A DNA stretch of 64,000 nt, taken from the IMG/VR virus record IMGVR_UViG_3300024999_000083. One strand, written 5' to 3'. Below, one piece after another: positions 9,422 through 18,911 of the stretch. Every line of letters begins with the position of its first letter. Position 1 is the stretch's first letter. A program made the position numbers and the translations under genes. Source of the DNA: a virus. The notes under the pieces were generated by a model. It was not told the DNA's origin. It made no database searches and was given only the letters and a program-made list of their open reading frames with translations.

Positions 9422-10600
9422 ATGGCAAGAGCAAGAACTGGAAGTAATGTGGAAAAAGGATTAAAGTATTTTGTTTATGGTAAACATGGTGTACGTAAAA
9501 GCAATTGTGTAGCAGACTTTGCGAAAATGAATAAAGATGGCAAACCTTTACGTGTACTATATATTGACTGTGAAACAGGAAGTATTGATGGTTTTGGATT
9601 AGATAGATTAGAAGAAGAGGGTGTAAACCTAGAAAATATTTATCTAGTTTACACATCTGCCCTTTCAGAGATTAGATATTATTGCGATAAAGTTATCAAT
9701 AATGAACCATTATATCATTTAGATGAAGATGGTATTGAAACTGAGGAAGTTGTATTAGATGGTGATGGTAATCAATTTATTGCTGATGCTATTGTAATTG
9801 ATGGTATTACTGTTGTAGCAGATAATGTTTCGGATGCAGCAATCAATCTTTCTGAAAAAAGAGCATCTATTAGAGCAGAATTACAAGGTAAAACTTCAGA
9901 TGAAAAAGAAGTTATGGTTGGTACTGCTGGTCTTGAATTTAAAGATCATAATAAGATTAAATCAAGTGGTAAATCGCTTGTTCGTAATCTTATCACAAAC
10001 ACAGATAAATATGTTGCTATTACAGGTAGAGCAAAAGACAAGAAAGAAATGGTTAAAAATAATAAAGGAGAAATGGTTCTTACATATATGGGATATGAAG
10101 TTCCAGAAGCATGGGACTTTATCCAGTATGAAGTATTTACAGTTATTCATAATATGGCAGATGCAGATGGTGAAATTTACGCTGTAATTGAGCAGAAAGA
10201 TAGAACAGGTAAATATAAACCTAATGAAATTGTTAAAAATCCATCAGTAGCATTATGGCAAGATGTGATTGATAGTAATAAAAATAGAGGTAAGAATGTA
10301 GGAATGTCTCAAGGCAAAGTTAGTGATACAGTTAAGAAGAATGAAGAAACTTATAAAGAAATTGCTGGATATGCCGATACTCCTAATAATACAAATCAAA
10401 ATACTACAGTCACAGATAATTCTAATGTCACAGTAGAGTCTTTAATTAAAACTATTGAGAAGCTTAAAGAATCTATGCCTCCTACAAAACGTAAAGCAAT
10501 GAAGCCATTATTAGAAAATGTGGGACTACCAATTCAATTTACTTCTGATTTGTCAATTGAGACACTTCAAAAAATATATGATATTATGACAAAGAATTAA
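9422..10600 (+). CDS. putative RecA-fold/AAA_24 (Sak4-like) ATPase
   Basis: P-loop-like YGKHGVRKS near the N-terminus; position in the replication/recombination module. Confidence 0.45.
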   Translation: MARARTGSNVEKGLKYFVYGKHGVRKSNCVADFAKMNKDGKPLRVLYIDCETGSIDGFGLDRLEEEGVNLENIYLVYTSALSEIRYYCDKVINNEPLYHLDEDGIETEEVVLDGDGNQFIADAIVIDGITVVADNVSDAAINLSEKRASIRAELQGKTSDEKEVMVGTAGLEFKDHNKIKSSGKSLVRNLITNTDKYVAITGRAKDKKEMVKNNKGEMVLTYMGYEVPEAWDFIQYEVFTVIHNMADADGEIYAVIEQKDRTGKYKPNEIVKNPSVALWQDVIDSNKNRGKNVGMSQGKVSDTVKKNEETYKEIAGYADTPNNTNQNTTVTDNSNVTVESLIKTIEKLKESMPPTKRKAMKPLLENVGLPIQFTSDLSIETLQKIYDIMTKN

Positions 10601-10615
10601 AGTTAAAATAGTAAA

Positions 10616-10648
10616 AATGAGGAATGGTTTTTGATCATTCCTCATTTG
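10616..10648 (+). terminator. hairpin terminator (AATGAGGAATG / CATTCCTCATT)
   Basis: 11-bp stem directly after the stop of the 9422-10600 gene, then a T-rich stretch. Confidence 0.5.
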
Positions 10649-10673
10649 AGTAAAATATTGGAGTGATATAATA

Positions 10674-11351
10674 TTGAAAGAGATATTGAGAAAATGCAAA
10701 ATATGCGATAAACCAAAAACTAAAACTATTAAATTAGAAACAGGAAAATTTATTTATTATCAACAATCATATTATCATTACGATTGTTTTGTTAAATTTC
10801 AAACAGAAAAGAAATCATTGGCATTCAATGAGGCAAAAGAACTTGCTGATGAGATGGTTATTAAAACTATTGAATCAGATTATGTAAATAGTTTAATTGA
10901 TAGAGATAGACTTACATATTGGATATATGATAATTATAACTTAACTGTACTCCCAGTATTATTTTTTCAGAAAATAAAACAGATTAATGATGGAACATTT
11001 GCTATGCGTATAAATGCACCTATCTCATATTACGATTTATTGCAAATTTTTAAGAAAATGAAAACATATCTTGATAAAGTCAATAATAATAACGAAAGGA
11101 AAGGTAAGAAAATAGATTTATTAAGGAGAATTGATTATGACCTTGCGATTGTAATTAATAATTATGATGAATATTTAAAATGGAAACAAAAGCAAAAGAC
11201 AGAAGAAATAGAGAAAAAGATAATTAAGGACGATATGATGTCTAAAAGCGATATTCAAATTAATACAATTTCTTCATTACAAAGAAAGAATAATCAAATT
11301 AATAGTAATGAAGAAATAAATATATCGGATATTTTAGATGAAGTCTTTTAG
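10674..11351 (+). CDS. hypothetical protein with N-terminal CxxC zinc finger
   Basis: CKICDK...HYDC. Confidence 0.45.
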   Translation: MKEILRKCKICDKPKTKTIKLETGKFIYYQQSYYHYDCFVKFQTEKKSLAFNEAKELADEMVIKTIESDYVNSLIDRDRLTYWIYDNYNLTVLPVLFFQKIKQINDGTFAMRINAPISYYDLLQIFKKMKTYLDKVNNNNERKGKKIDLLRRIDYDLAIVINNYDEYLKWKQKQKTEEIEKKIIKDDMMSKSDIQINTISSLQRKNNQINSNEEINISDILDEVF

Positions 11352-11369
11352 AGAGTTGGTGTTGCTTAA

Positions 11370-12920
11370 TTGGATGAAATAAAAAATAATAATATTCAAA
11401 ATGAAACGCTTTTAGTGGGAGCCATATACAAAAATCCTGATATTTATGTTGAGTATGGGCATGTAATGCGTCCTAAATATGATTTTTATGATAGTTCTTG
11501 TAAATTTTTCTATGATTGTTTCGATATGATGTTTCAATCTTTTTCACAAGAATTTACAGAAAATAATATTAATATCTATATGTCTCAGGATAAGAAAAGA
11601 AATGCTCAATACAAAGAGTATGGTGGATATAAAACAATAGAAAAAATGAAAGAACTATCAACTGTTGATGATTTTAAAAATTACTTCAATATTGTAAAGA
11701 AATTTTCTCTTGTAAGAGAGTACGAACGAGGCGGTTTTCCCGTTCAGAAAATCCTTGAACATAAAAACTTTGAAAAATTCTCTGCAAATGACATTTACAA
11801 GATGATTAAAGCAAAAGCTGATACTATTAATACTGTAATTAGTGGTGGAGAAGAAAGTATTATTCTAGGAAGACAGTCTGTAAAAAGAATTAAACAATGG
11901 ATTAAAAAACCTAGTTTTGGCATTACATTTCCTTGGAATTGTTGGAATTTATTCTTTAGGGGTTTCCGTAAAGGTAAATTAATTGTAGAGGGTATGTTGT
12001 CCAATGAAGGTAAATCAAGAAAAATGGTGGCACTTGCGACACATATATCCTTAGTGGAGAAAAAAGCTGTACTTATTATGACTAATGAGATGTCTGAAGA
12101 GGATATTGAAGCTTGTAAAATTGTCACTGTTATTAATGACCCAATACATAAATTACATTTTGATTTTGATCTGAATAAAACAGAAGAAGAAATTGTACTT
12201 GGAAGATATAGAAGTGACACAACTGGTCAATTTATAATCAGAGAAATTAATGAAAATGAAGAACCATTACTAACAGAGGATGAATTTGAACAGAAACTAT
12301 TTAATGAATCAACAGAATATAGAAATACCCTTATAGTTGCAGAATGGATTGAACAAAATACTAAGATATATTTTAAAGAAATGAGAGAGTATGCTGATTA
12401 TGATATAGAAATGGAAATTCGCAAACACGTATTATCTAAAAATGTAGAATATGTTATGTATGATACATTGAAAGGTTACAGAACAGACGCATGGGAAACT
12501 ATAAAACAAACTGCCACAAGACTTGAAGAATTAGCGAAAGAATTAATGATTGGAATTTATGCCAATTTTCAACTTACTGATGATTCAGTATATTTAGAAG
12601 TATTTGATTTAAACAGTATGAATTTAGCTAATTGTAAACAAATATTTCATGTATTAGACTATTTAGTATTAGGTAAGAGATTGTTTAGAGATGATTATGA
12701 CAAATATTCCATAATAGATGATTGGGGAGGAGAAATACCTTTAGACATAAACAAGACGTATTATGGTCATAGGTTTGCTAAAAGCAGAACTGGTGGGAAA
12801 GGAAAGGTTACGGTATGTGAGGTTGATTTAGATAGAAATACATGGATTGAAGTTGGATTATTAGTAAAAAAGGGGAATAGGAATAGTGATTCAAAACCTA
12901 AACAAAGACTAGGAGCATAA
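11370..12920 (+). CDS. DnaB-family replicative helicase (divergent Walker A)
   Basis: N-terminal ETLLVGAIYKNPDIYVEY...DFYDSSCKFFYDCF matches the DnaB N-domain pattern; RGFRKGKLIVEGMLSNEGKS aligns to the DnaB GGLxPGDLIIVAARPSMGKT segment. Confidence 0.55.
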   Translation: MDEIKNNNIQNETLLVGAIYKNPDIYVEYGHVMRPKYDFYDSSCKFFYDCFDMMFQSFSQEFTENNINIYMSQDKKRNAQYKEYGGYKTIEKMKELSTVDDFKNYFNIVKKFSLVREYERGGFPVQKILEHKNFEKFSANDIYKMIKAKADTINTVISGGEESIILGRQSVKRIKQWIKKPSFGITFPWNCWNLFFRGFRKGKLIVEGMLSNEGKSRKMVALATHISLVEKKAVLIMTNEMSEEDIEACKIVTVINDPIHKLHFDFDLNKTEEEIVLGRYRSDTTGQFIIREINENEEPLLTEDEFEQKLFNESTEYRNTLIVAEWIEQNTKIYFKEMREYADYDIEMEIRKHVLSKNVEYVMYDTLKGYRTDAWETIKQTATRLEELAKELMIGIYANFQLTDDSVYLEVFDLNSMNLANCKQIFHVLDYLVLGKRLFRDDYDKYSIIDDWGGEIPLDINKTYYGHRFAKSRTGGKGKVTVCEVDLDRNTWIEVGLLVKKGNRNSDSKPKQRLGA

Positions 12921-12924
12921 AGTT

Positions 12925-13980
12925 ATGGAGGTAAAAGAATTATTTAGTAAGATTATTGAAAATAATGATATAGAAAAGATACTTAAAAATCTTGGTATGC
13001 ACCATATTAATGATAAAGGAGAATATTTTACTTGTGGATTTCCAGATGGTGATAGTACCAAGAGTGCTGTAATTTACAAAGATAATCTTTGGGTAAATGC
13101 TTATACTAGAGATATATCAGACAAATATGGTTATACGAATATAATCTCACTTACTTCTTTTGTGAAAAAACTATATTTTTCACAAAGTATAAAATGGATA
13201 TGTGATATTTGTGCGTATAATTACTATGAAGAACCAAAAAATAAAACAGAAATGATTAAGTTTTTAGATTATATTTACGAACAAAAAAATGGTTTTAATA
13301 AGAGTGATGAAGATGAAGTAGTAAATTTAAAACCTATTAATGAAGATATTTTACGATATTATGGAAACTATGCTAATAAGTTATTCTTACAAGACAATAT
13401 AGACTTACAGACACAAATTGATTTTGGTTTTGGTTATGATTTAGAGACACATTCTATCACTATACCTATTCGGGATGAATTAAATACATTAGTTGGAGTA
13501 AAGGCAAGGTTATATAAGACATCAGAAGAATTAGAAGAATGGGAAAGTAAGTATTTTTATTTAGTTCCATGTGCTAAGTCTAAAATATTATACGGTTTAA
13601 ATAGGACTATGCCATACATAAAAAGAGAAGGTTTTGTAGTAATATGTGAATCAGAAAAAGCAACAACCCAACTATGGTCGTATGGGATAAGAAATGCTGT
13701 AAGTATTGGTTCACATACAATATCAAAATATCAAGCAAAGAAACTAACACATTTAGGGGTAGATTTGATTTTAGCTTACGATAAAGATGTTATGTTTAAG
13801 AATGGTAAATTTAATAAAGAACATTATGAAAAAGAATGTAATAAATTTATAGAAAATCAAATAATTTATTGTTTAATTGATGAGGATGAAATATTAGGAG
13901 AAAAAGAATCACCAACCGATAATAAAGAAAAATTCAGACAATTATATGAAAATAAAAGAATTCTGAGAGGATTGAAATAA
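12925..13980 (+). CDS. DNA primase (DnaG-like, Toprim domain)
   Basis: Toprim-like acidic segment VVICESEKATTQLWSYGIRNAVSIGSH...AYDKD; position between helicase and exonuclease. Confidence 0.5.
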   Translation: MEVKELFSKIIENNDIEKILKNLGMHHINDKGEYFTCGFPDGDSTKSAVIYKDNLWVNAYTRDISDKYGYTNIISLTSFVKKLYFSQSIKWICDICAYNYYEEPKNKTEMIKFLDYIYEQKNGFNKSDEDEVVNLKPINEDILRYYGNYANKLFLQDNIDLQTQIDFGFGYDLETHSITIPIRDELNTLVGVKARLYKTSEELEEWESKYFYLVPCAKSKILYGLNRTMPYIKREGFVVICESEKATTQLWSYGIRNAVSIGSHTISKYQAKKLTHLGVDLILAYDKDVMFKNGKFNKEHYEKECNKFIENQIIYCLIDEDEILGEKESPTDNKEKFRQLYENKRILRGLK

Positions 13981-15684
13981 ATGAAACATAAAATTATTGG
14001 AAAAAATAATTATAATGCGTCAAACTTATTGTGCGAAATACTTAACAATAGAGGGATAAAAGACATTGAAAAGTTTTTAAATATTGATGACAGTGTAGTT
14101 ACAAATCCGTTAGATTTTAAGAATATGGATATTGCAGTAAAATGTCTGTTAGAACACCTAGAAAAAGAATCTAATATATTAATTGTGGTCGATCAAGATA
14201 TGGATGGATGTACATCAGCATCTTTACTATACAATTACATAAAAAGTGTATACCCAAATGCTAATCTATTTTTCCAAAATCATATTAAAAAAACACATGG
14301 CATTATGTTGGATGATTTGAAAAATATACTCCCTACAATTCAATTATTAATTCTTCCAGATGCTTCAAGCGAACAGTTTAAAGAACACAAAATAGTTAAG
14401 GACATGGGGATTGATATTATCATCCTTGACCATCATAGTGTAAAAGATTATAGTGCAAATGCTATTGTTGTAAACAATCAATTATCTAAAATATCTACTA
14501 ACCTATCAGGTGTTGGAATGACATATAAGTTCTGCAAAGCACTCGATGAAGAATTATGGGAAGATAAAGCTGATAATTATTTAGATTTAGTCGCAACTGG
14601 TTTACTAGCAGATTATATGGACACGAAAGATTTAGAAGTACAATATTATGTTCGTAAAGGACTAAGTAATATAAAAAGTCCTGCATTAAAAGCATTAATA
14701 GAAGCACAGGATTTTTCGTTAAAAGGAGAAATAAATCCAATCTCTATAGCATTTTATATTGCACCACTTATTAATTCTGTTTATAGGTTGGGAAAAATAG
14801 AAGATAAAGATATGATGTTTAAATCATTTGCTAATATTGATACTGATAAAATCTATATATATAAACCTACTAGGGGTAGTAAAAAAGGAGAAGAAATTGA
14901 AGAATCAATCCACCAACAATCTGCTCGAATGTGTGTTAGTTATAATGGTAAAAGAAAGAGATTGTCAGAAAAACTAATTAAACCTGTTGAAGACCAAATT
15001 AACTTAGATAATAAAATAATATGTGTAAAAGTAAACAAAGAAGAATCGGAAGGCATGTCTGGGTTATTAGCAAATTCATTATTGGGAAAATATCAGAAAC
15101 CTTCAATCGTTTATTCTATTAATGAAAAGAATGAAATTCGAGGGAGTATGAGAGCAAATACTGGAGACTTTAAAGATAAATTACAAAAAACAGGATTATT
15201 TGTTTTTGTGGCAGGACATCAAGACGCAGCAGGAATACAAATTAAAGAACATTGTTTAGAGGATATAGATAATAAACTTAATGAATTCTTTAAAGATGAG
15301 ACATTTGAAAAGATTTATAGTGTAGATTTTAAAATTCCATTTGAAGAAATGTCATTTGAGTTTATAAAAGATATTTGTGACTTAAAATACATATATAGTA
15401 CAAATATCCAAGAACCATTAATTTATATAGAAAACGTAAAAGTAAGTACGCAAAATATTAAACTAATGGGAGAAGGTAAAAATACCATAAAGATTGAGAC
15501 AGATGAGGTTGATTTTATTAGATTTAAAAGCAATGAAGATATGTACAGTAATATGGTAGACTGGAAAGATGAGGTAATATTAAATATTGTTGGTAGAGCA
15601 AGTATTAATGAGTATAATGGGAAATTAACCGGACAAATTTTTGTTGATGAATGGGAAGTTTTAGAAGATATAAATAATAACTAG
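13981..15684 (+). CDS. DHH-family phosphoesterase (RecJ-like ssDNA exonuclease)
   Basis: Motifs VVDQDMDGCTSAS and IIILDHHS (DHH); DHHA1-like C-terminal part. Confidence 0.6.
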   Translation: MKHKIIGKNNYNASNLLCEILNNRGIKDIEKFLNIDDSVVTNPLDFKNMDIAVKCLLEHLEKESNILIVVDQDMDGCTSASLLYNYIKSVYPNANLFFQNHIKKTHGIMLDDLKNILPTIQLLILPDASSEQFKEHKIVKDMGIDIIILDHHSVKDYSANAIVVNNQLSKISTNLSGVGMTYKFCKALDEELWEDKADNYLDLVATGLLADYMDTKDLEVQYYVRKGLSNIKSPALKALIEAQDFSLKGEINPISIAFYIAPLINSVYRLGKIEDKDMMFKSFANIDTDKIYIYKPTRGSKKGEEIEESIHQQSARMCVSYNGKRKRLSEKLIKPVEDQINLDNKIICVKVNKEESEGMSGLLANSLLGKYQKPSIVYSINEKNEIRGSMRANTGDFKDKLQKTGLFVFVAGHQDAAGIQIKEHCLEDIDNKLNEFFKDETFEKIYSVDFKIPFEEMSFEFIKDICDLKYIYSTNIQEPLIYIENVKVSTQNIKLMGEGKNTIKIETDEVDFIRFKSNEDMYSNMVDWKDEVILNIVGRASINEYNGKLTGQIFVDEWEVLEDINNN

Positions 15685-15695
15685 GAAGTGATAAT

Positions 15696-18600
15696 TTGAC
15701 AAGACCAGAACATAGGACAGATTTACATGTTCATTCATATTATAGTTTACTTGATGGTTTACCAAGTCCTACAGATATTATTAAAAATGCGGTCAGTAAG
15801 GGTATGAAAAGCATAGCCCTTACTGACCACGGGTTTCTAGGTGGCATGGCAGAGTTTTTCTTACAAGCAAAGAAGAATAACATTAAACCTATTTACGGTG
15901 TAGAAGTATATGAAACTTCCGACACTTTAAATAAAGATAAGGACAATAGATACTACCACTTACTTGTATTATGTAAAAATAATAATGCTATGAAAGAACT
16001 CAATAAGGTGGTAAAAAGATCAACTCAAGAAGAAAACTTTTACTACAAACCAAGAATTGAAATTGATTGGTTAATACCGTTTGCAGACGATTTAATAATT
16101 GGCACAGCTTGTTTAAATGGAAGAATAAATAAAATAAACAGAGAAGAAAAAATTGAATTTATTAATAAAATGAAATCTATTTTTAAAAGTTTCTATATAG
16201 AGTTACAAAGTCATGAAACCGAAGACCAAATTACTTGTAATAAAGAATTATTAGAAATGTCAATACTAACAAATACTCCTATTATTATTACAACTGATGC
16301 TCATATGCTTAACGAAGAAGATTTAGAATTACATGGTAGATTTAAATCAATAGTTATGAATAGTAAAAAAACTCCTGATGAAATAGGTGAAGCATATAGA
16401 GATTGTTACATACAGACGGTTGATGATATTTATAAAAAAATGTCCTATCTTCCAGAAGAAGTTATTAATGAAGGTGTTATTAATAGTAACCTAATTGCTG
16501 ATATATGTAATGTTGAGATGGATTTTTATAATATAAAATTTCCAGAAATTGATATACCACCTCAATATAAAAATATTAGACAATTTATAGAATCAAGAGT
16601 TAATGAAGGTTGGAAAGAAAGAGAGTATTACTTAAAGTCACAAGAAAGGCAACAAGAGGCAAAGGAAAGAATTAAATACGAGTTAGATGTTATTGATGCA
16701 AAAGGATACTTGGATTACTTTGCAATTGTTGATGACTTTTTAATATATAATAAAGAACAAGGATATTTACCACCTAAAGGAAGGGGTTCTGCTGGAGGAA
16801 GTAGTGTAGCTTACTTTATGATGATTCATGATATTGACCCATTAGATTATGACTTATTATTTGAAAGATTTCTTAATCCAGATCCAAAAGATACTCACAT
16901 TCCTGATATCGATATAGATTTTTGCCATACTGTTAGACAAGATGTAGTTGATTATTGTATAAGAAAGTATGGAAATAGTCAGGTTTGTAATATTGGGCTT
17001 TACTCATATATGAAAGCAAAAACAGCAATTAAAGATGTTGGAAAGTCTTTAGAAGTGCCGTTTTTTGCTACCAATGAGATTTCTAAAACACTATCAGATG
17101 ACACAAAACTGTCGGAGTATATTGAAGAAGGTAAACATCAGAAATGGATTGATAAATATAGTAAATTTCAAATTAAAGAAATGTTTGAAATTGGTGCTAA
17201 ACTTCAAGGGATACCAAAAAGTTTTGGAAGTCATCCTTCTGGAAAAATAATATCAAATATGATACTTGAAGAAGCAATGGGTATGGCAGTTATTGATGGT
17301 GAAAATGTGTGTATGTATGATATGCATTACGTTGAAGACTTAGGTTTCATTAAATTTGACTTCCTTGGGCTAAAAACCAATACAACTATTTATGATACAT
17401 TAAAATTAATTGGCAAAGATTCTAAATTCATCGAGACAGCAAGATTGAATTTTAATGATGATAAAGTTTATGAACAATTTAGACTAGGTAATACTTCTGG
17501 GATATTTCAATTCAGTTCGTATAGTATGAGAGAAGTATTGTCTAAAATGAAAGTGGACTGCATAGAGGATCTAATCGCTGCAAATGCTTTATTTAGACCT
17601 GGAGCAATGGATTACATTGATGCATTTTGCCACAATAAACAACATCCAGAAGATATTAAATATGTAAACGATAGTCTTAGTGATATTCTTAAAGTTACAT
17701 ACGGGCAATTAGTGTATCAAGAACAAATGATGGCTGTTGGTAAAATGGCTAATGTTCCTTCTGTGGACGATTTACGCCGTGCGTGTGGTAAAAAGAAAAT
17801 TGATTTAATGAAAGAACAAGAAGTTTTCTTGAAAGAAGGGTTAATTAATAAAGGATGGCAACAGAAAGAAGTAGATATTATTTGGGATCAAATGGTAAAA
17901 TTTGGATCTTATGCCTTCAATAAATCGCATTCGGCTAGTTATGCCATAATTGCCTATATCACTATGTATTTAAAAGTATATTATCCTGCTGAATTTATGA
18001 CATCATTACTTAATGCGTATAGTAATGATAATCAACTAATTAGTAAATATATAGCAGAAGCACAGAGAATGGGTTTAAAAGTTAAAACTCCAAATATTAA
18101 TAAATCGGAAAAGAATTTTACAGTAGATGATGGTTCTATACTTTTTGGACTTAAAAATCTTAAAGATTGTGGAGAAGTTTTTGTAACTAAATTATTAGAA
18201 GAAAGAGGTAGAGATCCTTTTAAAAACTTCACAGATTTCTACACAAGATCAAAACCTGATAAACCATCTGTTGTTTCACTTATTAAAGCTGGAGCATTTG
18301 GTGTAAAAAACAGAGAGCAATTCTTATTGAAATTTATAGAATCTCTGTTTGAAACAAAAGAATACACTCCTGTAATATCGCCACCAACTAAAAAGGTTTT
18401 AAAAGAACAATGGGGAATAGAAGCAGATAATAAAGAAGATAGGTTGAAGTATTATAATGCTAAACGTAAAATATTATTTGACGAAGAACAAATTGTAAAG
18501 CATGAAAATCATGTTCAAGAACTAAAAGAAAAATATATGAGCAATCCAGAAATGTGGGAATATGATATTATGTCAATGTTTATTACATATAATCCATTGG

Positions 18601-18911
18601 AAAAATATAATAAATATATAACTCCTTTTGAAGATGTTGATGAAGGAAAAGAATCAGTCTTAGTTGGAGTAATCGCAAGTGTACAGAAAAAAATGGATAA
18701 ACACAAGAAACAATTTGCATTTTTAGATATTTACCAAAATGGAGATTTAATCGAAGTTATATGTTGGCACACACAATTTAAAGACTATGTAAATGAATTA
18801 GTAAGAGGGAGGGTTGTAGTTATTTTAGGTAAAAAGAGTGAAGGTAAGGTTGTTCTGAAGGAAGTAATTTCATTAGAACAGTGGAAGAATAGGAGAGAAA
18901 TTAAAGAATGA
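15696..18911 (+). CDS. dnaE: DNA polymerase III alpha subunit (DnaE-type, N-terminal PHP domain)
   Basis: PHP motif HVHSYYSLLDGL...ALTDHG; 1071 aa; polymerase core regions; stop overlaps the next start (ATGA). Confidence 0.85.
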   Translation: MTRPEHRTDLHVHSYYSLLDGLPSPTDIIKNAVSKGMKSIALTDHGFLGGMAEFFLQAKKNNIKPIYGVEVYETSDTLNKDKDNRYYHLLVLCKNNNAMKELNKVVKRSTQEENFYYKPRIEIDWLIPFADDLIIGTACLNGRINKINREEKIEFINKMKSIFKSFYIELQSHETEDQITCNKELLEMSILTNTPIIITTDAHMLNEEDLELHGRFKSIVMNSKKTPDEIGEAYRDCYIQTVDDIYKKMSYLPEEVINEGVINSNLIADICNVEMDFYNIKFPEIDIPPQYKNIRQFIESRVNEGWKEREYYLKSQERQQEAKERIKYELDVIDAKGYLDYFAIVDDFLIYNKEQGYLPPKGRGSAGGSSVAYFMMIHDIDPLDYDLLFERFLNPDPKDTHIPDIDIDFCHTVRQDVVDYCIRKYGNSQVCNIGLYSYMKAKTAIKDVGKSLEVPFFATNEISKTLSDDTKLSEYIEEGKHQKWIDKYSKFQIKEMFEIGAKLQGIPKSFGSHPSGKIISNMILEEAMGMAVIDGENVCMYDMHYVEDLGFIKFDFLGLKTNTTIYDTLKLIGKDSKFIETARLNFNDDKVYEQFRLGNTSGIFQFSSYSMREVLSKMKVDCIEDLIAANALFRPGAMDYIDAFCHNKQHPEDIKYVNDSLSDILKVTYGQLVYQEQMMAVGKMANVPSVDDLRRACGKKKIDLMKEQEVFLKEGLINKGWQQKEVDIIWDQMVKFGSYAFNKSHSASYAIIAYITMYLKVYYPAEFMTSLLNAYSNDNQLISKYIAEAQRMGLKVKTPNINKSEKNFTVDDGSILFGLKNLKDCGEVFVTKLLEERGRDPFKNFTDFYTRSKPDKPSVVSLIKAGAFGVKNREQFLLKFIESLFETKEYTPVISPPTKKVLKEQWGIEADNKEDRLKYYNAKRKILFDEEQIVKHENHVQELKEKYMSNPEMWEYDIMSMFITYNPLEKYNKYITPFEDVDEGKESVLVGVIASVQKKMDKHKKQFAFLDIYQNGDLIEVICWHTQFKDYVNELVRGRVVVILGKKSEGKVVLKEVISLEQWKNRREIKE

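Noticed and set aside
9825-10187. Plus-strand alternative-frame ORF inside the 9422-10600 gene
   Set aside because: Embedded in a longer, better-supported ORF. No RBS. Low-complexity Leu/Lys-rich product.
11795-12220. Minus-strand 141-aa ORF inside the DnaB-like gene
   Set aside because: Antisense to a gene with recognisable helicase motifs.
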